A stretch of DNA of 63,869 bases, filler included, from Lama guanicoe (lineage: Eukaryota): the NCBI GenBank assembly GCA_013239625.1. It is 178 parts of 178 records of this genome, joined end to end, with 100 filler letters (N's around TTAATTAATTAA, not from the genome) between each part and the next. Parts side by side here need not be neighbours in the genome. Positions count along the whole stretch, not along the records: positions 27,997 to 28,255 come from PNXV01049871.1; positions 28,356 to 28,614 come from PNXV01049872.1; positions 28,715 to 28,973 come from PNXV01049873.1; positions 29,074 to 29,332 come from PNXV01049874.1; positions 29,433 to 29,691 come from PNXV01049875.1; positions 29,792 to 30,050 come from PNXV01049876.1; positions 30,151 to 30,409 come from PNXV01049877.1; positions 30,510 to 30,768 come from PNXV01049878.1; 170 more parts are not named here. The stretch is one strand, 5' to 3'. This document shows positions 27,997-38,677 of this stretch, one piece after another (the stretch's first letter is position 1; each line of letters starts with the position of its first letter). The notes beneath the pieces were generated by a model. It did no database searches, was not told the origin of the DNA, and saw only the letters and a list, made by a program, of their open reading frames with translations. The translations under genes and the position numbers were made by a program.

Positions 27997-28104
27997 GTAG
28001 AGTGTGCGCTTAGCATGCATGAGGTCCTGGGTTCAATCCCCAGTATCTCCGTTACACAATACATAACAAATAAATAAACCTAATTACCCACCTCCCCCCG
28101 AAAA
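27997..28104 (+). mobile_element. tRNA-derived SINE, camelid Vic-1-like
   Basis: gtagagtgtgcgcttagcatgcatgaggtcctgggttcaatccccagtatctcc (TGC anticodon-like loop, B-box GGTTCAATCCC), then aaataaataaacctaattacc-C-run tail; 5' end cut by the contig edge. Confidence 0.8.
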
Positions 28105-28714
28105 GCTTATATTTTTAAAGCTTAAAAATTTATGTTTTTTTTAAAGGAAGTTTACATTTCATACAGTGTGAGTAAGAAATAAATTTTGAGTCATTTAATA
28201 GACAGGATCATAAGAAAAGAGAGGAAAGTACAGGAACCCAAATCTTTCCTTTTTTNNNNNNNNNNNNNNNNNNNNNNNNNNNNNNNNNNNNNNNNNNNNT
28301 TAATTAATTAANNNNNNNNNNNNNNNNNNNNNNNNNNNNNNNNNNNNNNNNNNNNAAAAAAATGCCACTTGAGTTTGGTAGAGTTTGCAGTTGATGTGTG
28401 CACTGCTTAGGCTTCGTGAATGTTGCAGTGATGTTCTTCTAGTGCACGAGCACAGCTTTTGTTTTGTGTGCGTCCTCTTCAATTTCTTTATCAGTGTTTT
28501 CTAACTTTCCATGTGCAGGTTTTTCACATTCTTGGTTAATTTTATTCCTAGGTTTTTTTCTTCTCTTGGTGCAATTGTTAAATGGGATTGCTATATTAAT
28601 TTCTCTTTTTGAAANNNNNNNNNNNNNNNNNNNNNNNNNNNNNNNNNNNNNNNNNNNNTTAATTAATTAANNNNNNNNNNNNNNNNNNNNNNNNNNNNNN
28701 NNNNNNNNNNNNNN

Positions 28715-28896
28715 TATTCCTCTACCTTCCAGGGCAGGGAGGGTACCTTTCACATGGAAGGTTTATTTCCTGCATTTAGGGGCACAAAGGAGGGTCAGCA
28801 TGTCCTTCTGGCATTGGCTGTTTCTTCAGTAAGTTTAATTCAAAATAATCAATGTGCTAACATGGCATATTTGGGTGGCCTGTCTCAAATCCATCA
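28715..28896. mobile_element. ERV1 LTR fragment (MER34/MER39-like)
   Basis: ggagggtcagcatgtccttctggcattggctgtttctt...ttcaaaataatcaatgtgc...ggcatatttgggtggc. Confidence 0.55.
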
Positions 28897-29073
28897 CCTG
28901 CATGTCCATACTTTACCTTTTCATCTGGGCCCAAGCTGAGTTCATCAATGACTTTACAAATTCAAGATAAAATNNNNNNNNNNNNNNNNNNNNNNNNNNN
29001 NNNNNNNNNNNNNNNNNTTAATTAATTAANNNNNNNNNNNNNNNNNNNNNNNNNNNNNNNNNNNNNNNNNNNN

Positions 29074-29130
29074 GAAGCATTGTGCTATACACCAGAAATT
29101 AACACAACATTGTAAACTGACTTTACATAT

Positions 29131-29161
<31 letters not shown>

Positions 29162-29190
29162 TACAAAAATAAGGAAAAAGAAAAAAGAAT
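29074..29190 (+). mobile_element. L1 3' terminus with tail converted to (AG)n/A-rich microsatellite
   Basis: tgtgctatacaccagaaattaacacaacattgtaaactgac followed by (ag)n and an A-rich tail. Confidence 0.8.
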
Positions 29191-32100
29191 TGAACACTTT
29201 TCTATGTATGGAAATGTGCAAATGCCTGGGTTCATTGAGATCATTCCTTTGACACCAGTTAGCTAACCAGGGCCTGCTTTTCCACACCCCGAGGCCCCTC
29301 AGGGCGCACCACTGCATGGCTGCAGAGGCCACNNNNNNNNNNNNNNNNNNNNNNNNNNNNNNNNNNNNNNNNNNNNTTAATTAATTAANNNNNNNNNNNN
29401 NNNNNNNNNNNNNNNNNNNNNNNNNNNNNNNNTGCAGACTTACTGACTCCTGTGATTTTTCTCTAGACGTTATCTTGCCCATGTGGTCCACTTGCAGAAT
29501 AGCTAAAGAGAAAGCTGGGGGAACAGATCTAGTCATCCATTAATCACTTATTCTTGTTTCCTACTAAAGGTTTGGGTTTAAACTATAGCGAGGCTCCATG
29601 GCCAAGGGGCTGCCTCCACTCCCACAAGCTCATTCATGACACACTGTTCAATGCCATCGGGAAGCTCTGACCTGTATCATGAGGCTCTCCCNNNNNNNNN
29701 NNNNNNNNNNNNNNNNNNNNNNNNNNNNNNNNNNNTTAATTAATTAANNNNNNNNNNNNNNNNNNNNNNNNNNNNNNNNNNNNNNNNNNNNTGTAAGGGA
29801 TAAGTGAGCTAATGTACATAATGCACTCAGCGTGGTGCTAGCTACTAATCAGAATGACTATATTTATTGCTTCCTTCTCCTATCTTGACTCTTTCCAAGT
29901 CAAAGCAGATCAATATATCTCTATTTTCATTATGTTCAACATATCATATGCAGAAGGTATTTTATTCCTGCCCTCAATGAATTAAATCTGTTTTGAAGAT
30001 GGGACATAAAACTGGTAGAAAGTTATGCTTTGAGAATATTTATACAGACTNNNNNNNNNNNNNNNNNNNNNNNNNNNNNNNNNNNNNNNNNNNNTTAATT
30101 AATTAANNNNNNNNNNNNNNNNNNNNNNNNNNNNNNNNNNNNNNNNNNNNCAAGGCAGTGCTCTGGGCCCCTCACTCTAGTTTCAGCCTGAGCACATCTC
30201 ATATATGTGAGGCCCATTTAAAGTTTTGTTTGGAAAACTTTCCAAACACCGTATTATACCCTGATGTCTCCTAGTGCTGTACTAGCAGCTTCTGCTGTCA
30301 GGCCTGCCTTATCCTATCTGTGGTCTCATGACGGTGTGAAAGCCGCCCTGACCTGAAGCAGGTGGAAATCACTGCTCTTGGATGTGATTTGGGCTCCAGA
30401 ACAGCACTGNNNNNNNNNNNNNNNNNNNNNNNNNNNNNNNNNNNNNNNNNNNNTTAATTAATTAANNNNNNNNNNNNNNNNNNNNNNNNNNNNNNNNNNN
30501 NNNNNNNNNGGCAACTGCTGGCCTGAGAGTTAATTTTTAACTCCTGTCAGTGGCCGGAAGCACACTGCCAGTGAGACAGAAAGCTCCCCTTGAAGGAAAC
30601 AATTCTCCTTTTGCAAAAGAGAAGGGGTGAGGAGAGAGGGGGGAAGTGAGCAACTCTGACCCAGGCCCACTGTCACTGAACCATCTCATTTGGGTGGCAC
30701 AACAGCCCCGACAGTCTCCCATTCCCCTGGAGAGGAAGGCAATCGCCAAGGCTGAGTAGTCTTTCTAANNNNNNNNNNNNNNNNNNNNNNNNNNNNNNNN
30801 NNNNNNNNNNNNTTAATTAATTAANNNNNNNNNNNNNNNNNNNNNNNNNNNNNNNNNNNNNNNNNNNNCAGAATGCGATGTGTGATAGAAAATTAGGCTG
30901 GCTCATTTTCATCTGAACACTTTATGTTCTATGCTAAAAACATTTTCATCTCTTGCCAAGCCCCCTTTTTTCCTAAAAATATTATTTACAGAAAATGCCA
31001 GCAGTCAGTATTTCTTTACACTATGCTAACATCATGTAAACTTTATTTATAAAATCTATGTTACTGACTTAGCATTCAGTAAGTCACAGAGAAGAGGTGT
31101 CTCTCCACTTATCTATTGGAATGGCTTNNNNNNNNNNNNNNNNNNNNNNNNNNNNNNNNNNNNNNNNNNNNTTAATTAATTAANNNNNNNNNNNNNNNNN
31201 NNNNNNNNNNNNNNNNNNNNNNNNNNNATCATAGATAAGAAAAACACAAGCCCAGAGAGATTTGCTCACTTGCCCATGATCAGATGACTAATTAAAGCAC
31301 AGCTAAGACTGGGTCATGAATGTTTTGTCTTGTCTTTTCTTCAATGTCAATCTGTTTTTAAAACGTGGACTTAAAAGTTTGGAGAGCGACCCGCTGGTCC
31401 TGTAGTCTTCCCAACGTAAAACTACTCACAGTTTCTATTGAAGCAGGTCCTTCAGAAGTTTATGGAAAATTCTAGAAGAACAAATTNNNNNNNNNNNNNN
31501 NNNNNNNNNNNNNNNNNNNNNNNNNNNNNNTTAATTAATTAANNNNNNNNNNNNNNNNNNNNNNNNNNNNNNNNNNNNNNNNNNNNTTTTTATGTTTATC
31601 CCTTTAGTACCTGCCTCCCCTCCGGAGTTTTTGCTTAAGCAGCACAGGTCCAGGTGTGCCTTGCTGCCTGCTAGATATTCTGGGCTGGGAAACAGGCGAC
31701 TCCACGTCTGGCTCTGGTGCTGAACTGAGAGGGCAGAAAGCCCAGGGGCCCATGCTGAACCGAGGCAAAAATTGCACCAAAAATTATGGCCTGACATTGG
31801 GCAAATTACACAGTCTTCTTTACCCTGAGATTCTTCATCTGTCCANNNNNNNNNNNNNNNNNNNNNNNNNNNNNNNNNNNNNNNNNNNNTTAATTAATTA
31901 ANNNNNNNNNNNNNNNNNNNNNNNNNNNNNNNNNNNNNNNNNNNNACTATGTATATGCATATCAAATTACCATGTTGTACACCTTAAGTGTATGCGATTT
32001 TTCTTTAAAAAGAAAAGTAAATACATTTTTTTAAAATGAAATGAACAGAGAATCTTCTCATGTGCTGAACAGTGGTTACTGTGGAGGAGTTGTTAGCTGA

Positions 32101-32663
32101 GTGAAATGCAAACAACGGAAGCCTCTAGAAAACATCAAACCAACAATGGAAAATGGTTTAAGAATTTCTAGGTTTGTTGAATAGAGCTTTGATAACTTTG
32201 TCAANNNNNNNNNNNNNNNNNNNNNNNNNNNNNNNNNNNNNNNNNNNNTTAATTAATTAANNNNNNNNNNNNNNNNNNNNNNNNNNNNNNNNNNNNNNNN
32301 NNNNTATCTTTGCATGTATTCATACATATTTTAACTTTTTTCCAAAAAATAGTATCTTCCCATAGTGAACTTTATAAACTTGCTTTTTGTACTTACAATG
32401 TGGTGAACACTGTTTTATGTAATTGAATATTTATATGAACATTTTAGAATGTTCTCATATTACCTGAAAAACAACTGAACCAGCAAGGGAAGATTTGGCA
32501 GCCTCAGGTATCAGACGTCTTTCATATGAGTCAATAAAGAGAATGAAAACAAGAGAAAGATGTNNNNNNNNNNNNNNNNNNNNNNNNNNNNNNNNNNNNN
32601 NNNNNNNTTAATTAATTAANNNNNNNNNNNNNNNNNNNNNNNNNNNNNNNNNNNNNNNNNNNN

Positions 32664-32922
32664 GTAAAAGCAAAATCCACGAGAACAGCAGCACAGAAGG
32701 CAGGGAGGCGGCGGCAGGGCGAAGAGCCTGCACAGGTCTCCGTCTGGGAAGCGGTAAGAGCAGCCTTCAGCTCAGGCGGGTGGGAGAGAGCCAAGGGCAC
32801 ACACGCCGCCCCAGAGAAGCACGGAAACGCCGGCACAGACGGTGCGCGGGGCTGCGCCCCCACAGTGCTGGGCGTGCCGGCGCGCCAGCCAGACCGGCTC
32901 CCTGCAGACAACGAGGGGCCGG
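32664..32922. promoter_or_regulatory. CpG-rich fragment
   Basis: High GC and many CpGs relative to other contigs; no gene recognised. Confidence 0.4.
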
Positions 32923-34458
32923 NNNNNNNNNNNNNNNNNNNNNNNNNNNNNNNNNNNNNNNNNNNNTTAATTAATTAANNNNNNNNNNNNNNNNNNNNNN
33001 NNNNNNNNNNNNNNNNNNNNNNGGGAGGGCTTGGCCTGAGTTGCTCCTCTTCTCCCAGGGTACCCTGCGGCCGGCCATCTACTGAGATCAGAGCGGGGAG
33101 AAGGTGAGTGGTTGGGCGTGTGTGCTGGGACTTGGAAGAGAGGAGAAGTGAAACAGTGCTGGTCATTTTGGAGAGTGGGGACTCAGACAGAGGGCTGCAG
33201 AGAAGTGACTCAGATGGCCGGGCGGACTGGAGGGCCCACGTGAGATCTGTGGTTATGAGTTTCAAGTGAGACCTGTCAGCCNNNNNNNNNNNNNNNNNNN
33301 NNNNNNNNNNNNNNNNNNNNNNNNNTTAATTAATTAANNNNNNNNNNNNNNNNNNNNNNNNNNNNNNNNNNNNNNNNNNNNGGCCAGGGAAAGGGGCCTT
33401 AGTGTTCCAGGTGTTTAGGAAGGGCCAGGGTTACACTCTGGCATATCATCCAGAGCCAGACAGTCCTGTGGGATTCATCGGAAGGACCCGGCCAGGAGAT
33501 AATGAGCATTAAGTCAACGTACACTCTGTGCTAAACCCTGGGCCAGGTGGCATCCATCCCCATGTACTGTCTCATTTTTTTGTTGTTGTTGAAGTATAAT
33601 TGATTTACAATGTTGTGTTAGTTTTAGGTGTACAGCAAAGNNNNNNNNNNNNNNNNNNNNNNNNNNNNNNNNNNNNNNNNNNNNTTAATTAATTAANNNN
33701 NNNNNNNNNNNNNNNNNNNNNNNNNNNNNNNNNNNNNNNNCTTTACTGCCAGGACTTTCAGAAACATTAACAGGAAGCATGCTTCCCGGTAGAGCCATGA
33801 GTTTACTCTGTCAGCACGTGCGGACCCGCCGAGTAGGGTGTGGAAGGAGGGGTGCCATGTGCTCGGCCCCGACCTCCTGGAGCTGGTCCTGGACAGAGCT
33901 GAGTCCAGGCTGTGGTCTCTGAAGCCTTGACCCCCACCCCGATCTATGCCTCCTGAGCTGTCTGTCACTATCATGCAAAAGAGATAAAGGTGAAAAAAAN
34001 NNNNNNNNNNNNNNNNNNNNNNNNNNNNNNNNNNNNNNNNNNNTTAATTAATTAANNNNNNNNNNNNNNNNNNNNNNNNNNNNNNNNNNNNNNNNNNNNC
34101 CTGTCTTTTTCTTTCCTCCTAAGCACCAAGGTAGGGTCATTCTCCTATGACTGGTATGTCCACAACTAAAAGACAAGTAGGAATAAAAGGAGGATACAAA
34201 GAAGGCATCCACTATCCTGGATAGAAACATAAAAAGGACACAGATTTATATCGATTAGCAGCTCTAAATATCTGATGAATAAATGGTTTTAAGCAACTGA
34301 CCAAAATATGTATTTTGAATCTGCAAATATATCCTGAAACACAACATGCATAGGTTAGNNNNNNNNNNNNNNNNNNNNNNNNNNNNNNNNNNNNNNNNNN
34401 NNTTAATTAATTAANNNNNNNNNNNNNNNNNNNNNNNNNNNNNNNNNNNNNNNNNNNN

Positions 34459-34561
<103 letters not shown>

Positions 34562-35678
34562 TCAGTCACGGCAGATGCAACGGGTTTCCAAACAGCTTGT
34601 GGCTCGGTCAGCTAAACTCTCAGTGGCCCCAACCATGGTTACGGACATGGTTCCACTGTGGTTTCGGAACCACATGGGTTTTCTAGTGCAATCATGGTTA
34701 TTAAACAAAGATTTAAGANNNNNNNNNNNNNNNNNNNNNNNNNNNNNNNNNNNNNNNNNNNNTTAATTAATTAANNNNNNNNNNNNNNNNNNNNNNNNNN
34801 NNNNNNNNNNNNNNNNNNCTGATTCATCCCATTTTCCTAAAACTCTGACACAAATTAGTCAAAGAAAATATATAGATGGAATTGGAAAAAAAAGGATTAA
34901 GTAGAAGGTGATGAGAATAAGCCAGGAATAACTCTGAAATCTCACACGTGTATTTTCCTCTATGCTTGAATCCCTGTCTTGTTTCCTTAGTTTCCCTGTG
35001 AAAAAAGCCTATTTTATTCATTAGAGCCCAAACTGTGAAATCAAGGACTTTGCTTTATTCCTATTTTATAGTCTACAGNNNNNNNNNNNNNNNNNNNNNN
35101 NNNNNNNNNNNNNNNNNNNNNNTTAATTAATTAANNNNNNNNNNNNNNNNNNNNNNNNNNNNNNNNNNNNNNNNNNNNAAAACATATTAGCATTAGAAAA
35201 ATAAGGAAATACATGTATAAACTTAGAGGAGAAAAGGCCTTTATGCACATGACACAAAATTGAGGAGCTTAAAGGAAATACTGATAAATTTGATGATATA
35301 TATATTAAATAGCATCTAAATACAACCAAAAGACAAACTTGGGAAAGTATTTATAACTCTTGATATATGTAAGACTAATGTCTTTAATATACAAAGAGCT
35401 ATTATAAATCAATAAGATGAACCCAATAGAAAAAAAAANNNNNNNNNNNNNNNNNNNNNNNNNNNNNNNNNNNNNNNNNNNNTTAATTAATTAANNNNNN
35501 NNNNNNNNNNNNNNNNNNNNNNNNNNNNNNNNNNNNNNTTTCCTCCTTCTCTTCTTTTGAATATACCTTATCCTTTTTCTGAAATACATCATCTCTTTCC
35601 TAACCTATGTTGATGCAAATCATGTCCAATTTTGGCTTAAAATCTTTCTCCTTTCTGGAATTTCTAAACTATCATAAA

Positions 35679-35797
35679 TGTGATGCAGCAAAGGCAGTCC
35701 TAAGAGGGAAGTTTATAGAGATAAAGGCCTTCCTCAAAAAAGAAGAACAATCTCAAATAAACAACCTTACCTACCACCTAAAAGAATTAGAAAAAGA
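35679..35797 (+). mobile_element. L1 ORF2 fragment (end of endonuclease region) with abrupt 5' junction
   Basis: DAAKAVLRGKFIEIKAFLKKEEQSQINNLTYHLKELEK. Confidence 0.92.
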
Positions 35798-35914
35798 NNN
35801 NNNNNNNNNNNNNNNNNNNNNNNNNNNNNNNNNNNNNNNNNTTAATTAATTAANNNNNNNNNNNNNNNNNNNNNNNNNNNNNNNNNNNNNNNNNNNNGGG
35901 GGGATACTATGCAA

Positions 35915-35933
35915 CACCACCATCTAGTGGCCA
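35915..35933 (-). promoter_or_regulatory. Candidate CTCF binding motif
   Basis: Minus strand TGGCCACTAGATGGTGGTG versus consensus TGGCCACCAGGGGGCGCTA. Confidence 0.5.
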
Positions 35934-36977
35934 AAACGCAAGACACTGAGGGGAGGAACCGAGAACAGACAGCTCCTGGACTTGACATAAAGGGACAAGT
36001 GACCGAGAAACAAAGCAATCTGGCAGCTACTCAAGTACTAAAGGGTCAGTGCAAACATAACTTAAGTGGCCATCCATGGAGCACTGTTAAAAACTCAGCA
36101 CATCATATGGAATAGTGTGTGGGCATTGCCAAGGGCGCTGTAAAGACACGTTATTGANNNNNNNNNNNNNNNNNNNNNNNNNNNNNNNNNNNNNNNNNNN
36201 NTTAATTAATTAANNNNNNNNNNNNNNNNNNNNNNNNNNNNNNNNNNNNNNNNNNNNACCTGCAGCAGCTGACATTATTTCCAGGTAGATATTGTCAGAC
36301 TTGAGTTAAGTGTAGGCTATCTTGCTGGTCTTGCACAAAACTGTTTGGGAAAACACACACATATTTTGGCATCTGAAGTATTGTGAATGTGTGAATAAAG
36401 GAGAAGCACACAGGAGTGCATTTTTTCTTTTAATCTTACATCCTATTGCTAGATCTCCAATTCCCTGCTCCTCGCAGTGTTTCTCAGTGTGCCTCTGCTT
36501 ACCACAGAGGCTTGGACNNNNNNNNNNNNNNNNNNNNNNNNNNNNNNNNNNNNNNNNNNNNTTAATTAATTAANNNNNNNNNNNNNNNNNNNNNNNNNNN
36601 NNNNNNNNNNNNNNNNNCACAGAGGAGTGGAGAGAAAGTGGGAAGCAGGGGGGAGCTGGATGCCTCAGGCCCTCCTGCCTCCACACGGCCCCCTCCCCAC
36701 CCCCCACCTCCTCACCCCGTTTGTGGCTCGGTCCCGGAGGAGAAGTCACCTGGGGGCTCCGGCTTGGTCACCTGAGCTCTGCATCTCAAGATGTGCCAGT
36801 AAAGCGCATCTTTACTGTCTTCATTTGAGTCATGAACACCTGGAGGGAAGAAACGTCATTCTGGTTGTAAGTCTTTGNNNNNNNNNNNNNNNNNNNNNNN
36901 NNNNNNNNNNNNNNNNNNNNNTTAATTAATTAANNNNNNNNNNNNNNNNNNNNNNNNNNNNNNNNNNNNNNNNNNNN

Positions 36978-37237
36978 GGTTACCGAAGGGGAAATAGAGT
37001 GAGAGATAAATTAGGAGTTTGGGATTATCAAATACAATCTACTATATATGAAATACATAAACAACATGGTCCTAATGTGTAACATGGGGAACTACATTCA
37101 ATAGCTTTTAACAACCTATCATGAAAAGCAATATGTAAAAGAATATATATATTTTTCTCTATATAAAATAGAATCACTATGCTGTACTCCAGAAACTAAT
37201 GCAACATTGTAAATCAACTAACTTCAATGAAAAAAAA
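36978..37237 (+). mobile_element. L1 3' UTR through poly-A
   Basis: gataaattaggagtttgggatt...aacaacatggtcct...gaatcactatgctgtactccagaaactaatgcaacattgtaaatcaacta + A tail. Confidence 0.88.
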
Positions 37238-38417
37238 NNNNNNNNNNNNNNNNNNNNNNNNNNNNNNNNNNNNNNNNNNNNTTAATTAATTAANNNNNNN
37301 NNNNNNNNNNNNNNNNNNNNNNNNNNNNNNNNNNNNNGCTTCCAGTTCCTTCTCTCCAAAGGAGGATGACAGTATTTGCCTTGTGGGGTAGTTTTGAGTT
37401 TAAATGAAACATTGTTCAGAGAGTACTTACTTAACATGATGCCTGGGATGTGGTAGGCACCTCAGAAAGTGGGTCCCCTTTCCTTCCCTATTGATGAATA
37501 TTTTAGAATGTGGTTGTTTCTATATAATCTCGGAATTCTCTGCTAAGAGGCAGAGGACCCAGGGCTGACATGATGGTGTTCTTCAAGTGTCAGCACANNN
37601 NNNNNNNNNNNNNNNNNNNNNNNNNNNNNNNNNNNNNNNNNTTAATTAATTAANNNNNNNNNNNNNNNNNNNNNNNNNNNNNNNNNNNNNNNNNNNNCAA
37701 CCATTTTACTAGAACGTGTTGTCATTCTGGATTAAAAGTGTCAGGTGTTTTGTTTCCTGTTTTTAAAAGGATATTGGAAAATTTCTTATTGCAGTTCTTT
37801 GAATTACGGTGTTCACATTATTATTAATGTATTCCATGTCCTGGATCAGATGTTCGTCTTCAGGTATTACTTTTATCCATACATTTTCTTTACTTGTGCT
37901 AGCCCTCCATAACTGCTACTTTCCTCAATGTTTTCTCTCTTTTTTAATGTATAAAATNNNNNNNNNNNNNNNNNNNNNNNNNNNNNNNNNNNNNNNNNNN
38001 NTTAATTAATTAANNNNNNNNNNNNNNNNNNNNNNNNNNNNNNNNNNNNNNNNNNNNATCAGAATAAAATCAATCTAACCATGAGTAAATTTCTCTAAAT
38101 TCGCCAGTATTGTCAAATTCATGTACTTGATGAAACCGAGCTTTTAACTTTGATGGCTGCTTGTCCCAGTCTCACATTCTAGGAGACAGTCTGTCAATGG
38201 CATATAATCCTTCTAAAATCCTGTGTCAGACATTTTTCGATTTTACATATTCTTCTCAAATTAAATATTATCAATTGCTTACAAGTTTCCTCTTCCTAAT
38301 TTTTATACCATGAAATTNNNNNNNNNNNNNNNNNNNNNNNNNNNNNNNNNNNNNNNNNNNNTTAATTAATTAANNNNNNNNNNNNNNNNNNNNNNNNNNN
38401 NNNNNNNNNNNNNNNNN

Positions 38418-38624
38418 GCCAAGCCCGGCCCCGGCCCCGCCCCGAGCGGCGCCCGCCCTCCGCAGCCCGAGCGGCTTCTCCTGAGGCGACGGCTGAGGTA
38501 GCGGCTGGGGTTGTGGTCGCGGCCCTGCAGCTGCCGGCCGTCCGCCTGCTGCCGTGTGGGCCGGCGGGCGATGGTGCGGCGGAGCGCGCGGACGCGGGCG
38601 GCGCGGCGGCGGGCATGAAGGAGG
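38418..38624 (+). promoter_or_regulatory. LMBR1: CpG island / 5' leader of LMBR1
   Basis: Very GC- and CpG-rich, with GC boxes (ccccgcccc), directly upstream of the LMBR1 ATG. Confidence 0.75.
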
Positions 38625-38677
38625 ATGGAAGGGCAGGACGAGGTGTCGGCGCGGGAGCAGCACTTCCACAGGCCAGT
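38625..38677 (+). CDS. LMBR1: LMBR1 first coding exon start, MEGQDEVSAREQHFH
   Basis: aggATGG Kozak context; peptide matches recalled LMBR1 N-terminus MEGQDEVSAREQHFHSQV; last ~8 nt diverge at the contig edge; not in the ORF track. Confidence 0.88.

Noticed and set aside
27997..28050. tRNA-Ala gene
   Set aside because: Truncated, followed by a SINE-specific tail, and a second family copy occurs in the window; it is a SINE head
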